From: a virus
Reading direction: 5' to 3' (one strand)
DNA: 64,000 bases
Virus record (IMG/VR): IMGVR_UViG_3300009095_000016
Location: 2,271-66,270 of that record
In this document: positions 16,165-26,748 of the stretch, one piece after another
How the letters are laid out: every line of letters starts with the position of its first letter
Position numbering within the stretch: position 1 is the first letter of the stretch
Program-made: the position numbers and the translations under genes
Notes under the pieces: model-generated
What the model was told of the DNA's origin: nothing
What the model saw: only the letters and a program-made list of their open reading frames with translations
Databases searched by the model: none

Positions 16165-19100
16165 TCACACCCCGCTGATCGTCGCCGCATACGCCAGCGA
16201 CCGGTTGATCGTAGTCGACGTGGGCTCTGCCTGCGGGTACTGGTTGTTGATGTTGAAGACGTTCGTCGGTCCCTGCTGCTGCACCGCGAGGGTCGCCGAG
16301 AAAGCTGCGGCAGACTCCGGAGGCATCTGATTGATGGCCGAGTTGCCACCCAGCATGGTGTTCGAGGCGCCCGAGCGCCGCAGCTTCACCTGACTGGCGC
16401 CGGTCGGGCCGAAGTCGTTCATCAGCCTGCTGACCACACCGGAAAAACCACGGCCACCGGAGCGGTTGATGACCTCCAGCAGGGCGCCGAACCTGCGGGC
16501 CGCAGCGGCGTTCACCACGAACTCACCGTTCGACAGCATGGCCGGAATCGAGTCCGACGTCGGGCCGCCGGGTCCGTTGATCCAGCCGCCCGTAGCCACC
16601 TGGGCGACCTTCGGAGGTGAGTTCTTCGCGTAGTAGTAGTAGCCGACCGATACGGTCGCCGACCTGGTGAGGGCCTGCTGGATGGAGCCACCAGAACGCC
16701 ACGCGGCCTGAACGATGCCGCTGAGCTGACGGTTGAAGTTGCTGACGCCCGCGAGGACGACCGTGCCCTTCGGGCTCAGCTTGCCCCGGTTGGCGTCGGC
16801 GACGGCGCGCTTCAGAGCTTCGAGGAGGGCCTTGAACTCCCCGGTCGAGAGCTTTCCGTCACCGTTGGCGTCGAACTTGCCCGCCGCTTCCTCGCCGAGG
16901 ATCAGGTTGGCGAGGGCCTGCATCTGGGCGCGGTACCCCTTGTCGTCGAGCTGCGCCTTGCCCTTCGGGTTGAGCAGCCCCTGCCCTTCCGTGGAGGCCA
17001 GGAACTCGGTCATCGCGAGCACCTTCGCCCGGTACTCGGCGTCGCTCAGCTCGCCCTTGCCCTTGGCGTCCAGCTTGCCCTCGGCCTCCAGGTCGTCCAC
17101 GTAGGTGGTGAGCTGAGTGAGCTGCGCCTGGAAGAGCAGGGTGTTGATGGTCGCCTTGCCCTCCTTGTTCAGGTCCGCGTTCTTCAGCAGTTCCTGGAGC
17201 TTGGCGATGTCGCCCTGCGCCTTGATGATGTCGATGGCGACCTCGGGCTTGACCTTCTTCTTGCTGATGAGGTCGATGTAGAGGCTCAGGTCATTGAGCG
17301 ACTTGAACGCCTTCGCATCATCGGCTGAGATGTCGATCTTCACGCCCTTGAGCTGGCCGAGCTTGGTCACCAGCGCGGCGTACTGGTTCGAGATGTCGGC
17401 GAAGTCCTCGCTCGTCTTGGCCTTGTCGATCAGGTTGCCGAAGACGTCGGCGATGACGGTCCTGGCCTGGAGTGTGGCGTTCTCGATCTTTCCAGAGTTC
17501 TGGATGATGGCCGCCGCGAGGTTGCTCGTGGCGTCACCTCCGATCTCCGCGAGGCGAGGACCCAGTTTCTCCAGCTCCTTGGCCGACAGGTCAGCCAGCT
17601 CGGCGACGGCAAACGCGGCCTCCGGGCCGAGCTTGCGGAACTGCTCCGCGATGTCCGGGCCAAGGGTCGCGGAGATCTTGATCAGGTTGGCCGACCACTC
17701 GCGCTGCGCCTTGGCGATCTTCTCCAGTTCCTTGATGTACGCGTCGAGTCCGCCCTTGCTCTTCAGGGAGAACTTCTCGATCGCGTCTTCAGCCTTGCCG
17801 AAGGCGGATTCGGCAGCCGTCTTGAAGGCGTCGAGCGGAGTGCCGAACTTCTCGAAGGTCGTGGTGAGGCCCTCGATCGCCTCCTGGGCTTCCTGGCCGG
17901 TCATGTCCAGATCCTCCAGGGCCTCCTTGGTCAGCTTGATCTTGCCGCTGGCCGAACTGGCGGACTCGCCGCTCTCGTCCAGGGCGTCAGCCAGCAGGCC
18001 CTTGGTGATGGCCAGCTTGGTGGCCGCGCTGTCCTCGGCGGAGATCGTCGTGCGCAGGGCCTCCAGGAAGTTCTCCAGGCGGATCGCCGCAGCCGCCTCA
18101 CTGTTGATCTGTTCGGCCAGCTTGCTGCTTGTACCAGCCGGAGCGTAGTTGTCAGCGGTCTTCCCGACTTCCTTCAGTGCCGCGTCGAGCTGCTTCAGCG
18201 CCTTGTCGGGATTCGAGAGCGAAAGCTCCAGCAGTTCACCGACGTTCACACCCGTCTGGCCAAGCTGTTCCAGGGCGTCCCGGCTGATCTCACTGCCGTC
18301 GGCCAGCTTCGACGTCTCGATCGCCGCCTGTGCGGTATCCAGCAGCCACTGCCGGGTGTTCTCGCCGAGCGCCACTGTGTTCTCGCCGAGCGCGTCGGTC
18401 GTCTGGTCGATGACCGCCTCCGCCTTGGCCATCTCGCGGAGGTAGCGCTGCGCCGCCTGAGCACCCGTTCCGTGCCCCTTCGCCTGCTGCTCCAGAGCCT
18501 CCTTCGATCCCTTGGTCGCCTCGATCGCCCGCAGGCGCTCACGGGCCCGGAGCGCGCCGCCTCGGCCGAACGCACGTCCTGGTCGGCCAGGTCGCTCTTC
18601 TGGGTGGTGATCGTGCGGTAGACACCGATGGCGCCCAGGGAAGCCTGCGAGCCGTCCCTGACGGCCGCGTTGTACTGCTTCAGGCCGCCAGCGGCCTTGA
18701 TCGCGGCGTCGGTGTCCGCCTTGATGGCGTTGGCCAGGGCCTGGGTGCCACCGGTTGCTTCGAAGGCCGCGCTGGCGATCCTCTCGGATTCCGAACGGAA
18801 GTCGAACATCTTGCCGATGAGCGGACCGAGGAGGATGCCCGCCGTCGCGATGGCGATACCCCACGGGCCGAAAGCGAAGGCGGCCGTCCTCGCCGCCAGA
18901 CCGGCCGCTGTGATGCCGGTGGTGGCCCGGGTGAAGGCGCCTGCCGCAGTCGTGCTGGAGACGGCCGCGACGTTCATGCCCGCGCCCATCTGGGCTCCGG
19001 CGGTTGCCGCGTTGCGCATCGAGGCCGACATCAGGTTCGTCGCCGGAACCGTGCGTGCCGTGGAGGTGTTCAGGCCGTTGACCGCAGTGGCGGCAATGGC

Positions 19101-21386
19101 CGTCTGCCCGGCGAAGACCCGGGAGGAGTTGGCGATCTGCGTCTGCGTGAGGGCCAGGTTGCGGTTCACGTTGGCGACGTTGGCCATGGCGAGCGCGGAG
19201 GCTGTCGCCTGGGCGCTGAGCTGCCGCATCGCGTTCTGCGTGGCGAACGTCGAGGCGAACAGGGCCTCCTGCCCACGCACTGCGTTGCCGCTGGCTACAC
19301 TCAGGGCGTTGACCCCCTGCGCCGAGGTGGCGGCCGTCGCGGAGTACGCCTGGAGGGTCCTGGAGGACGCGATCAGGGAAGCCGTCAGGGCCTCGGTGGT
19401 GCCTGTGAGCTGACGCTGCGAGTTGGCCGTGGCAGCCTGCGCCGCCGTGGTGCCCTGGAAGCCGTTCCGGTAGATGTTCCAGGCCGTGCTCGCCTTCAGG
19501 GTGCTGACCCCCAGACGCTCCTGAAGCTCGCGTACGGCGATCAGCGACTGGATCGTCTTGGCCAGGGTCACCTGGTAGATGGCCCAGCCAGCGGCGGCCG
19601 TGACGGCAACGGCGGCCAGGGTGCCGACAATGGGAACGATCGGGCCGAAGTGAGCAATTCCCTCGATCACTTCCGACAGGCCCGAGGCGATGTCGCCGAT
19701 CGCCGTGGCGAGCGGACCGCCGAGCGTGGCGAGCAGCGTCTTGAAGGCGTCGGAGAGATTCTGGAGTTCCGCCGCCGTGGTCTCGTAGATGCCCTTGGAC
19801 TGCTTGTTCAGCTCGGTGCCACGGGCGAACTCCAGGTTGGCGCGGTCGAAGGACTCGCGGACCACGTCCACGTTGTTGGCCAGACGCGAGAAGACGTCGA
19901 TGTCGCGGACCGCGTTGACGCCGAGTTCCCGCAGGACACCCTGGACGTCGCCACCCGCTCCGGCCGCGCGGCTCAGACCGTCGATGAAGGCGAGCAGGAA
20001 GTCGCCTCGCGTGGCCGGGTTGTTGAAGAGCTTGGTGACCTCGGTGTCGGTCATACCCATGACCTCGCCGAGTTTTTCCACCTCAGTGCCACCGTTGCTG
20101 ACGGCGATGGCCAGCTCGTTGAAGACGCGGGTGAGGGCACCACGGGAGAGTTCGGGCCGGACCTGGAGAGTCGCCAGAGCCGCCGACAGACCGGCGGTCT
20201 CTTGAGCCGTGAGGCCGAAGAGGTTGGAGACTGTGGCGATGGAGGCGTTGACGCGCAGGATCTCCTGGTCGGTGGCGGCCGACGCGGTACCCAGGGCCAG
20301 GATGGCGGAGCCGAGCTGTTCCATGGACGAGATCGGCACCTCCTCCATCTGCGCGATACGGCCGAGGAGGATCGTGGCCTCCTCGCTGGCCACACCCGTG
20401 GTCAGCGAGAACTTCACGATGGTGTCGGTGAAACCGGCAAGGTTCTGCTCGGAGATACCGATCGCGGCACCGAGCTGACCGATACGGGCGACCTCCTCGA
20501 AGGAGATCGGCGCGTTCTGCGCGATCTTCTGGAAGCTCTCCAGCAGACCGACGGAAGCGGCTTCCGTCTCGCCAATCACTCGGGCGACCTGCGCGAACGC
20601 CTGCTCCTGGGAGATCGCGGCTGCGGCCATGGCCGTGGGCACCTTGGAGAGCACATTGAAGAGCGACTGGAAGGCGCCCTCCAGCTCACCCACGGTGTTG
20701 CGCAGGGCGAACGTGGAGCCCGAGTAGGAGACCGTGGACTGGTGGGCACTCTGGGTCGCCTGGGCGATGCGGGCCCGCGCGTTGGCCAGGGCCTGCTCCT
20801 GCTGGGCGATGCGCTGCGCGGACTGCGCCAGCTTCTCCCGCTGGATGGCCAGCTTCTGCTCTTCGAGGGCCAGACGGCGAGACGTCTCGATCGCCTTCCG
20901 CTTGGCCTGCTCTTCCTTCTGCTGCGCAGTGATCGCATTCTGCGTGATCTGCGACATCGACTTCTGGGCGTTCGCCAGCGTGTTGATGACAGCGGCCAGC
21001 TTCTGGTACAGCGTCACCGTGCGATTCAGGCGCTGATATTCCTTTTCGCTCAAACCCTGAACCGAGGCAAGAGCCGATCGAAGCTGCTGGAAAGCCTGCG
21101 TCATCAGCTTTGCGCCGTTGGCCCCAGCGGCTTCATTCTTCTGAAGCGCCTGAACAGCAGAAGCGTAGTTCTTCGTAGCTGTGGTGATCTGGTTGTAGAC
21201 AGTGAGAGAAGTGCGGAGCTTTGCGGCAAGTCCACTTTCTACGAGTGCGACTTTACTGAGAACGGAGTTGAGGTTAGTGAAAACCTTCTCCATCTCGCCG
21301 CCGGACTTGGTGACAGCCTGAGCGCCCTGGGCAAAAGAGCGAATGTCCAGGTTGATGCGAGCCGTAGCATCGAAGCCCGTTGCCAC
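16165..21386 (-). CDS. tape measure protein, split by a single-base frameshift near 18550 (about 1740 aa if restored)
   Basis: ORF 18246..21386 carries the TMP core (AAISQEQAFAQV, ELARIGQLG, ATLQVRPELSRG). ORF 16165..18864 continues the Ala/Gly-rich helical sequence in another frame from about 18550. Confidence 0.9.
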
Positions 21387-21399
21387 CTAGACCTCCGCG

Positions 21400-21834
21400 T
21401 CAATCGCCATCCGGCATGTCGTGCTGATAGGAGTGCGCCCGGGAAGGGAGCGGGTGGTCCGCGCCCCACACGTTACGGGGCGAGACGTACCTGGTCTCCC
21501 CCTTCTGGCGGATCCTGCCGCGCTTCTTCTCGCTGTCCTCGCGGTCCTTCTCGACCTCCGCGCACCCGTAGCAGACGGCGCTCTTCAGGTCGAAGACGAT
21601 CTCGTTGTTGGTGGACATGCCGACCCAGGCGGGGGTGCCGCACTGCTTGCACGTCTCCTCCTCCAGGATCGTCAGGGCCATGGCCAGCTTCCGGTTACGT
21701 TCGTCGGACCACTCAGAGGGCTGCCCCGTCAGCATGGTCAGCGGGGGCACGGACCACGACCTCGCCGTCTTCAGCAGGGGCCGCACCCATGCTGATTTCC
21801 TCCACGTCAGAGCCTCCGCCAGGAAACCCGGCAT
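21400..21834 (-). CDS. tail assembly chaperone, downstream (GT-like) segment
   Basis: ARSWSVPP..ML.G...W...LA.A...EEETCKQCG.P.W and CYGC. It overlaps the upstream chaperone ORF and precedes the TMP. Confidence 0.7.
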   Translation of the reverse strand: MPGFLAEALTWRKSAWVRPLLKTARSWSVPPLTMLTGQPSEWSDERNRKLAMALTILEEETCKQCGTPAWVGMSTNNEIVFDLKSAVCYGCAEVEKDREDSEKKRGRIRQKGETRYVSPRNVWGADHPLPSRAHSYQHDMPDGD

Positions 21835-22513
21835 CGAGCTTGTCGGCCCAGTCGCGCGAGGCAGACAGGCCGGTGCCCACGGACTCCATCAGACGCATCG
21901 TCTCCGAGGAGATGAGCTTCTTCAGCAGGAGGTCGGCTCCGTGCCTGGTCGGGGGCGGCGCCACGCGCCCGTCCGGCAGCTTGACCTCGATGCAGAAGTG
22001 CGCGATCTGCGCGGTCAGGGTGTACCGGCTGCGGGCCGTGATGTAGTCCAGGTCGTCCTCGCTCGCCCCCTTGTAGTTGGGGTTCTCCTTGTGGAACTGG
22101 CGGCTCGCCTCGCGGGTGACCGTGCCCAGCTCCTCCGGCGTCTTGACCTGGAAGACGAGCGTGATGCTGGACTCGACGATCTTCTTCTGGAGTTCGTCGC
22201 GGCGGGTCGAGAGCTTGGTGATCTGCTCCTCAAGGTCGGCCCGCTGGTCGTTGAGGTCGTCGCGCACCGAGTCCACGAATGCGTTCGCGGAGGTCTCGGA
22301 CCTCTTGCGAATCTGCGCCTCGATCGAGGTGAGCCGGGAGACAAGCTCCTCCAGCTCCTCGTAGACGGCGCCAAGCTCGGCACCGCTGCGCTGGTCGAGG
22401 TAGGCAGTGTGCTCGAAGACAGGGAAGGTCGACTTGCCTTCCAGGTAGTCCTCGAAGCTGAAGTTGTCGGGGCCGGGCTCCGGGTTGCCCGGCACCGTCG
22501 TGTTCTGCGTCAT
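21713..22513 (-). CDS. tail assembly chaperone (G-like)
   Basis: Located between the major tail and TMP genes, with coiled-coil content. Confidence 0.75.
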   Translation of the reverse strand: MTQNTTVPGNPEPGPDNFSFEDYLEGKSTFPVFEHTAYLDQRSGAELGAVYEELEELVSRLTSIEAQIRKRSETSANAFVDSVRDDLNDQRADLEEQITKLSTRRDELQKKIVESSITLVFQVKTPEELGTVTREASRQFHKENPNYKGASEDDLDYITARSRYTLTAQIAHFCIEVKLPDGRVAPPPTRHGADLLLKKLISSETMRLMESVGTGLSASRDWADKLDAGFPGGGSDVEEISMGAAPAEDGEVVVRAPADHADGAAL

Positions 22514-22542
22514 GCTGTCCGTTCCTTCGGTCGTGCGAGTTG

Positions 22543-23109
22543 TCAGCTTCCGGTGCTGCCCACCTGCACCAGGCCGTCCGAGGACTGGCCCTGCGCGTAG
22601 AAGGTGGGCTGGAGCTGGAGCGGCGCCGTCGCGTCGTTGATGACGTTCGGGTCACCCGAGAGGAACTTGAAGATCGTCACCCAGTCGTCGTCGACCGCGA
22701 GCGGGTCGCGGACCGGGTGCTTCGAGATCCGCTGGACCAGGAAACCGCTGCGGAGCGGCTTCTTGAACAGGCGCATCACGTCGTTGTAGACCGACGGGTC
22801 GAGCTTGTTCGGGTCCCGGTCCAGGAAGATGTTGAGCTGACCTTCGTAGTTCTTCGCGGTCGGGGTCGCCACGTTCGAGTCGTCGCAGAGGCCACGCGTG
22901 TCGTCGGTGTCACGGTCGGTCCAGCCGAGCGTGAGGTCCGTCGTCAGGGCACAACTGATGTTGATGCCCGCGTTGATCTCGGCGGCGCTCGGGTGGTCGA
23001 TGTCCGCGAACCCAGCGCCGTGCACGCCCTCGTACCCGAGGGACGTCTGGTCCGACTCGTCGACCCACCAGATGGTGAGCGACGGCGGGAGAGCCTTGAC
23101 TGCTGCCAT
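22543..23109 (-). CDS. major tail protein
   Basis: INISCAL.....GW.D.DTDD.R.LCD...TP...NYEG pattern of actinophage tail tubes. GGAGGT RBS before ATG 23109. Confidence 0.85.
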   Translation of the reverse strand: MAAVKALPPSLTIWWVDESDQTSLGYEGVHGAGFADIDHPSAAEINAGINISCALTTDLTLGWTDRDTDDTRGLCDDSNVATPTAKNYEGQLNIFLDRDPNKLDPSVYNDVMRLFKKPLRSGFLVQRISKHPVRDPLAVDDDWVTIFKFLSGDPNVINDATAPLQLQPTFYAQGQSSDGLVQVGSTGS

Positions 23110-23203
23110 TCTTGTACCTCCGGCCGAAGGCATGATCGTGCCTGACCGGAGTCTAACCGCGAAAGGCCATTCCCGGGACGCCGGTACCCAGGAAGGAATT
23201 CAG

Positions 23204-23689
23204 TCAGGAACCGGCGCCCGTGTGCTGACTGACGTTGACGATGCCCCGGAATCCGATCGCCAGGTAGAAGCGCAACGTATCTCCGACGCCAACCGGGTAG
23301 GGGTCGCGGATTGTTCCGGAACCGGCCTCCGAGATTTCCCCCTGCTCCAGCGGTGCGTACCCGACGAGGAGATCCCTTGCCGCCTGCGCGAGCTGGAGAA
23401 GTGAAAGTCCGGACGGGGCGACCGATTCCACGATGAAGCCAGCCTGCTTCGTGATGCCCTTGTCCTCCCCGGAAAGGCCGCATAGATCGGCCACGGAGAT
23501 CCGGCCACCGAACCCCGACAGGTCGAACGCCTGGCCGAACCACAGGATCAGGCTCGGCTTGTAGAAGCCGGACGGGTCCTTGACGATGTCGGTGTTCTCG
23601 GGCACGCCCTCCAGGAAGACCGGCGTGTTCGGCAGGCCGGTGTCGAGCCGTTCGTAGATGTCGAGCTGCCAGTCGAGGAGCGACACCAT
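23204..23689 (-). CDS. tail terminator
   Basis: Position upstream of the major tail gene. Its ATG overlaps the upstream TGA. Confidence 0.6.
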   Translation of the reverse strand: MVSLLDWQLDIYERLDTGLPNTPVFLEGVPENTDIVKDPSGFYKPSLILWFGQAFDLSGFGGRISVADLCGLSGEDKGITKQAGFIVESVAPSGLSLLQLAQAARDLLVGYAPLEQGEISEAGSGTIRDPYPVGVGDTLRFYLAIGFRGIVNVSQHTGAGS

Positions 23690-24111
23690 CAGCGGCCCCC
23701 GATCCTCGCCTGAAGCTCGCTCGTCACCTGGTTGAAGGCATCGAGCACGGCCATCATCGGAGTGATTCCGGTACGCGTACCGAACTCCTGGAAAGGCGCG
23801 TAGTACGGATTGAAGCTCTCCCATCCGAAGGAAATCTTCAGGATGTCCGTGCCGAGATCGCCGGTTCCCGTGACGGAGGACTTCATCTTCCCGGTGTCCA
23901 CGCGGGATTTTGCCCTCACCAGACCCTCACCCCGGCGCCGCGCGTTCGACATGTCGAGGACCAGGGCCTGGCGCGACTTGTTCAGGTGGTCGATCACGAA
24001 CGCGGAAAGGCCGATGTCGAAGGCGCCGCTCGGGGTGCCGCCGCCGTAGTACCGCTGGGCACCGCCGAACCTGTAGTTGTACTTGATCCCGATGTAGGCG
24101 ATCTGAACCAC
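23689..24111 (-). CDS. HK97 gp10-like neck / tail completion protein
   Basis: RVDTGKMKSSV and YAPFQEFGT motifs. Confidence 0.75.
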   Translation of the reverse strand: MVQIAYIGIKYNYRFGGAQRYYGGGTPSGAFDIGLSAFVIDHLNKSRQALVLDMSNARRRGEGLVRAKSRVDTGKMKSSVTGTGDLGTDILKISFGWESFNPYYAPFQEFGTRTGITPMMAVLDAFNQVTSELQARIGGR

Positions 24112-24117
24112 CTCCTC

Positions 24118-24951
24118 CTACGAGGCAAGCGCCTCTCGCACCGGACCGGCAGGAAGATTCTCCTCCAGGTCGATGACCTCATGGTCCTTCATCAGACCAG
24201 CCATGGCGTTCATTTCCTCGCTGGTCATCGAGAGGATCTTGGCCGACCTCCGCTCGATGGAGCCGCCGAGCTTCGTTCCAGTCCTGTTGTATCCGTAGAA
24301 CCCGGCGTGAAATGCGCGGGGCTGCGCCGGGTAGACCGTCACACCCCTCTCCCGCTCGCGGACCCGGTTGATCAGGCCGTCCTGCTCCGCATGGCCGGGC
24401 GGAATCAGGCTCCCGGGGAAGTTCCGCTTGCAGTAGTTGACCATGTCGCCGTAGTAGACCGGCTTGTTGTGCGCCACTGCCTTCTCGACGTTCTCCGGGC
24501 GCATCGACACGCCGAGAGACTGGTACGACGGATGGCGGTAGGCGGCAGCCGGTGGCCCACCCTGGAGGTTCTGGTTCCTGCACGCACTGACCGCGAAGGC
24601 GTCCGGGGCGGCGAGGTGGGCTTCCTCATGGAAGGCGAAGTATCCGAGGGAGACCATGATGTCGTCCTCCACCACATGGATCAGGTCGCCGCCCACCTTC
24701 AGGGCGTCACCGAGGCCGGAGAGGACGTTGTAGGAGTTCCCGTGGAACTGGTGGTGGTGCATCACCCGGAGGTAGATGTCGGCGAAGGCCGTCGAGAAGG
24801 ACTCGGCGACCTGACGGCACTCCAGAGTGCCCTTGCGGTCGAGACTGACGATCACATGCACGTCGTCGGTGGCCGCCTTCGACAGCCTGGTCAGACAGGC
24901 GTGCAGCATGTCCGGCCTGCGCCACGCTGGAACCAGTACCGTGTGCTTCAC
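24118..24951 (-). CDS. GT-A (family 2-like) glycosyltransferase
   Basis: VLVPAWRRP N-terminus and HVVEDDI acidic motif. The GTG start overlaps the upstream TGA. Confidence 0.8.
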   Translation of the reverse strand: MKHTVLVPAWRRPDMLHACLTRLSKAATDDVHVIVSLDRKGTLECRQVAESFSTAFADIYLRVMHHHQFHGNSYNVLSGLGDALKVGGDLIHVVEDDIMVSLGYFAFHEEAHLAAPDAFAVSACRNQNLQGGPPAAAYRHPSYQSLGVSMRPENVEKAVAHNKPVYYGDMVNYCKRNFPGSLIPPGHAEQDGLINRVRERERGVTVYPAQPRAFHAGFYGYNRTGTKLGGSIERRSAKILSMTSEEMNAMAGLMKDHEVIDLEENLPAGPVREALAS

Positions 24952-25862
24952 CGCTCCACCAACCTCAGTGCGACTTCCTTGAATTCGGCGTTTCTCTTGA
25001 GGAACATCTCCCGGGCCATCATGCCCACCTCGCGGCGCCTCTCCGGGCTCAGCGCCGCCGCGCGCCGAACGGCCTCCGCGATCAGGGTCGGAGTCGTGTA
25101 GGTGAGCACCGCCTGATGATGGTTGCGCGTCGAGGTGACTCCGACCAGGTAGCCCCACTCGGGGCGGATGTGCTCGTTCATCGGTGACGCGTCGGTCGTC
25201 ACCACCACGGCACCCACCGACATCGCTTCGGTGATGTAGTGCCCCCACCCTTCGGCGATGGACGGGCACACGTGGATCTCCGCCTCGTTCATGAGGCGGT
25301 TGCGCTCCGCGTCGTCGGGCGACACGACGACCTCGATGCGCTTCTCCAGTCCGGCGGGGATCGGCAGCGGATCCTTCGAGACGATCGTGAGCGGAGGCAG
25401 CGTCTCGTCCTTCTGCCAGGCGCCGATCACCTGCTCGGTCCCCTTCATCCCCGACTTGCCGCGCAGGTGCATGCACTTCAGCTCACGCGTCACCTTCGGG
25501 TCGTAGAGATCGAGCCCGAGGAACCCGGTGAACTGAACGTTCTTCCCGCCACGATTGCGGCAGAAGCGAAGTGCGTAACCGCTTTTCGCCCAGATCTGGT
25601 CAAACGCCGGAAGATATTTCATCCACTCCGCCGGGAACCATTCGAGATTCAGGATCGCGATGTTCTTCTCGGAGTGCTGCGCGAGGTTCCTACTGACAAG
25701 TTCCAGATGAAACGCGACATCCGCTCGCGGCATCGACTGCTCCTGCCAGTCGAAGAACCTCGCTTCATGCCCGGCCGACTCGAACAGGCCCTTCAGCAGG
25801 TTCGCGTCGAGGGAGAGACCCACCCCGTTGTCTCGGCTGATCAGAGCGATCTTCAGGCCCAC
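24948..25862 (-). CDS. GT-B (family 4 / group 1) glycosyltransferase
   Basis: PSIAEGWGHYITEAMSVG (E-x7-E) followed by VVTTD..PMNE. Confidence 0.85.
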   Translation of the reverse strand: MGLKIALISRDNGVGLSLDANLLKGLFESAGHEARFFDWQEQSMPRADVAFHLELVSRNLAQHSEKNIAILNLEWFPAEWMKYLPAFDQIWAKSGYALRFCRNRGGKNVQFTGFLGLDLYDPKVTRELKCMHLRGKSGMKGTEQVIGAWQKDETLPPLTIVSKDPLPIPAGLEKRIEVVVSPDDAERNRLMNEAEIHVCPSIAEGWGHYITEAMSVGAVVVTTDASPMNEHIRPEWGYLVGVTSTRNHHQAVLTYTTPTLIAEAVRRAAALSPERRREVGMMAREMFLKRNAEFKEVALRLVER

Positions 25863-25881
25863 GTACTTCCCTCTCCCCTGG

Positions 25882-26451
25882 TCACGGGCCCGTCACGCCG
25901 TAGTTCATGGCGACGGGTTCCATCGAGAACGGCGGCGGCAGTGTCTGCGGGTGCGCCGCGTCCACGTCGCAGAGGATGTTCCTCAGCCATGCGTTGGACG
26001 ACATGAGCGGATTGCGTACGTGGAAAATGTAATGGGTCAGCTCGGGATCTCCGAGGACGAGATGCCCGAGATCCGGGTCGTCCGGATCCGGTTCTACAGC
26101 CCTGATCAGGTCGTTCGCGTGAACGGGCGGGCACGTCCGGATGGGCACCTGGACGCGCATCGCATGGTCCGTGCCCATGTCGCCGCGCTGGGTGCGCACG
26201 CGGGCACGCCAGTCCTTGTTGCTGGCGATGCGGCCTGGCCCCCTGTACAGCAGGATCAGCTCGGGGAACTTCTCCCCGCCCGACCCGTCGGGAATCGTCA
26301 GGCCGCCGGTAACCGGGTCATACCCGTACTCACCACCGCGCGACGGCCGCCGGAAGATCTCGACCGCCGCGTTCATGTGACCGATCGGAACCGAGCGCTG
26401 ATGCCACGGCCAGCGCGGATCCAGCGCAGAGCGCCTGTTGAGTGAGGCCAT
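25882..26451 (-). CDS. head-to-tail stopper (DUF6093-like)
   Basis: YDPVTG, Y.GPGRI and RVQVP motifs, downstream of the adaptor gene. Confidence 0.65.
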   Translation of the reverse strand: MASLNRRSALDPRWPWHQRSVPIGHMNAAVEIFRRPSRGGEYGYDPVTGGLTIPDGSGGEKFPELILLYRGPGRIASNKDWRARVRTQRGDMGTDHAMRVQVPIRTCPPVHANDLIRAVEPDPDDPDLGHLVLGDPELTHYIFHVRNPLMSSNAWLRNILCDVDAAHPQTLPPPFSMEPVAMNYGVTGP

Positions 26452-26456
26452 GCAGC

Positions 26457-26648
26457 CTATTCTGCACGCAAACGGCCAGGAAGATCGCTCATCAGCGCCT
26501 TGAAGATGCGGCACGCGAGGGGCGGAGCGTCCTCGGGTGCCGGACCCTCTTCCGGGAAGTCCACTTCGACCTGGTCGTAGGAAATGTGGATCCTTCCTTC
26601 ACCCTCGGTGACGATGATCGGGGGTGGGTACTTCTTCTTGTTTTCCAT
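26457..26648 (-). CDS. 63-aa hypothetical protein
   Basis: MENKKKYPPP..., with a GAGG RBS upstream. Confidence 0.55.
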   Translation of the reverse strand: MENKKKYPPPIIVTEGEGRIHISYDQVEVDFPEEGPAPEDAPPLACRIFKALMSDLPGRLRAE

Positions 26649-26690
26649 GGTCCTCGTCCCCATTGACGATAGATCCACGGAACTTACCCG

Positions 26691-26706
26691 CCTACTAATT
26701 AGTAGG
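26691..26706. promoter_or_regulatory. perfect 16-bp AT-rich palindrome CCTACTAATTAGTAGG, operator-like
   Basis: Self-complementary, intergenic and AT-rich in a high-GC genome. Confidence 0.55.
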
Positions 26707-26748
26707 ATCCATGATCCAGGATTTTCACCGGATCGGGTCGCCAGCTCT

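Noticed and set aside
18246-18864. Two separate tape measure genes or a programmed TMP frameshift
   Set aside because: No RBS or slippery site supports this. A single missing base explains both frames, so it is kept only as a probable error.
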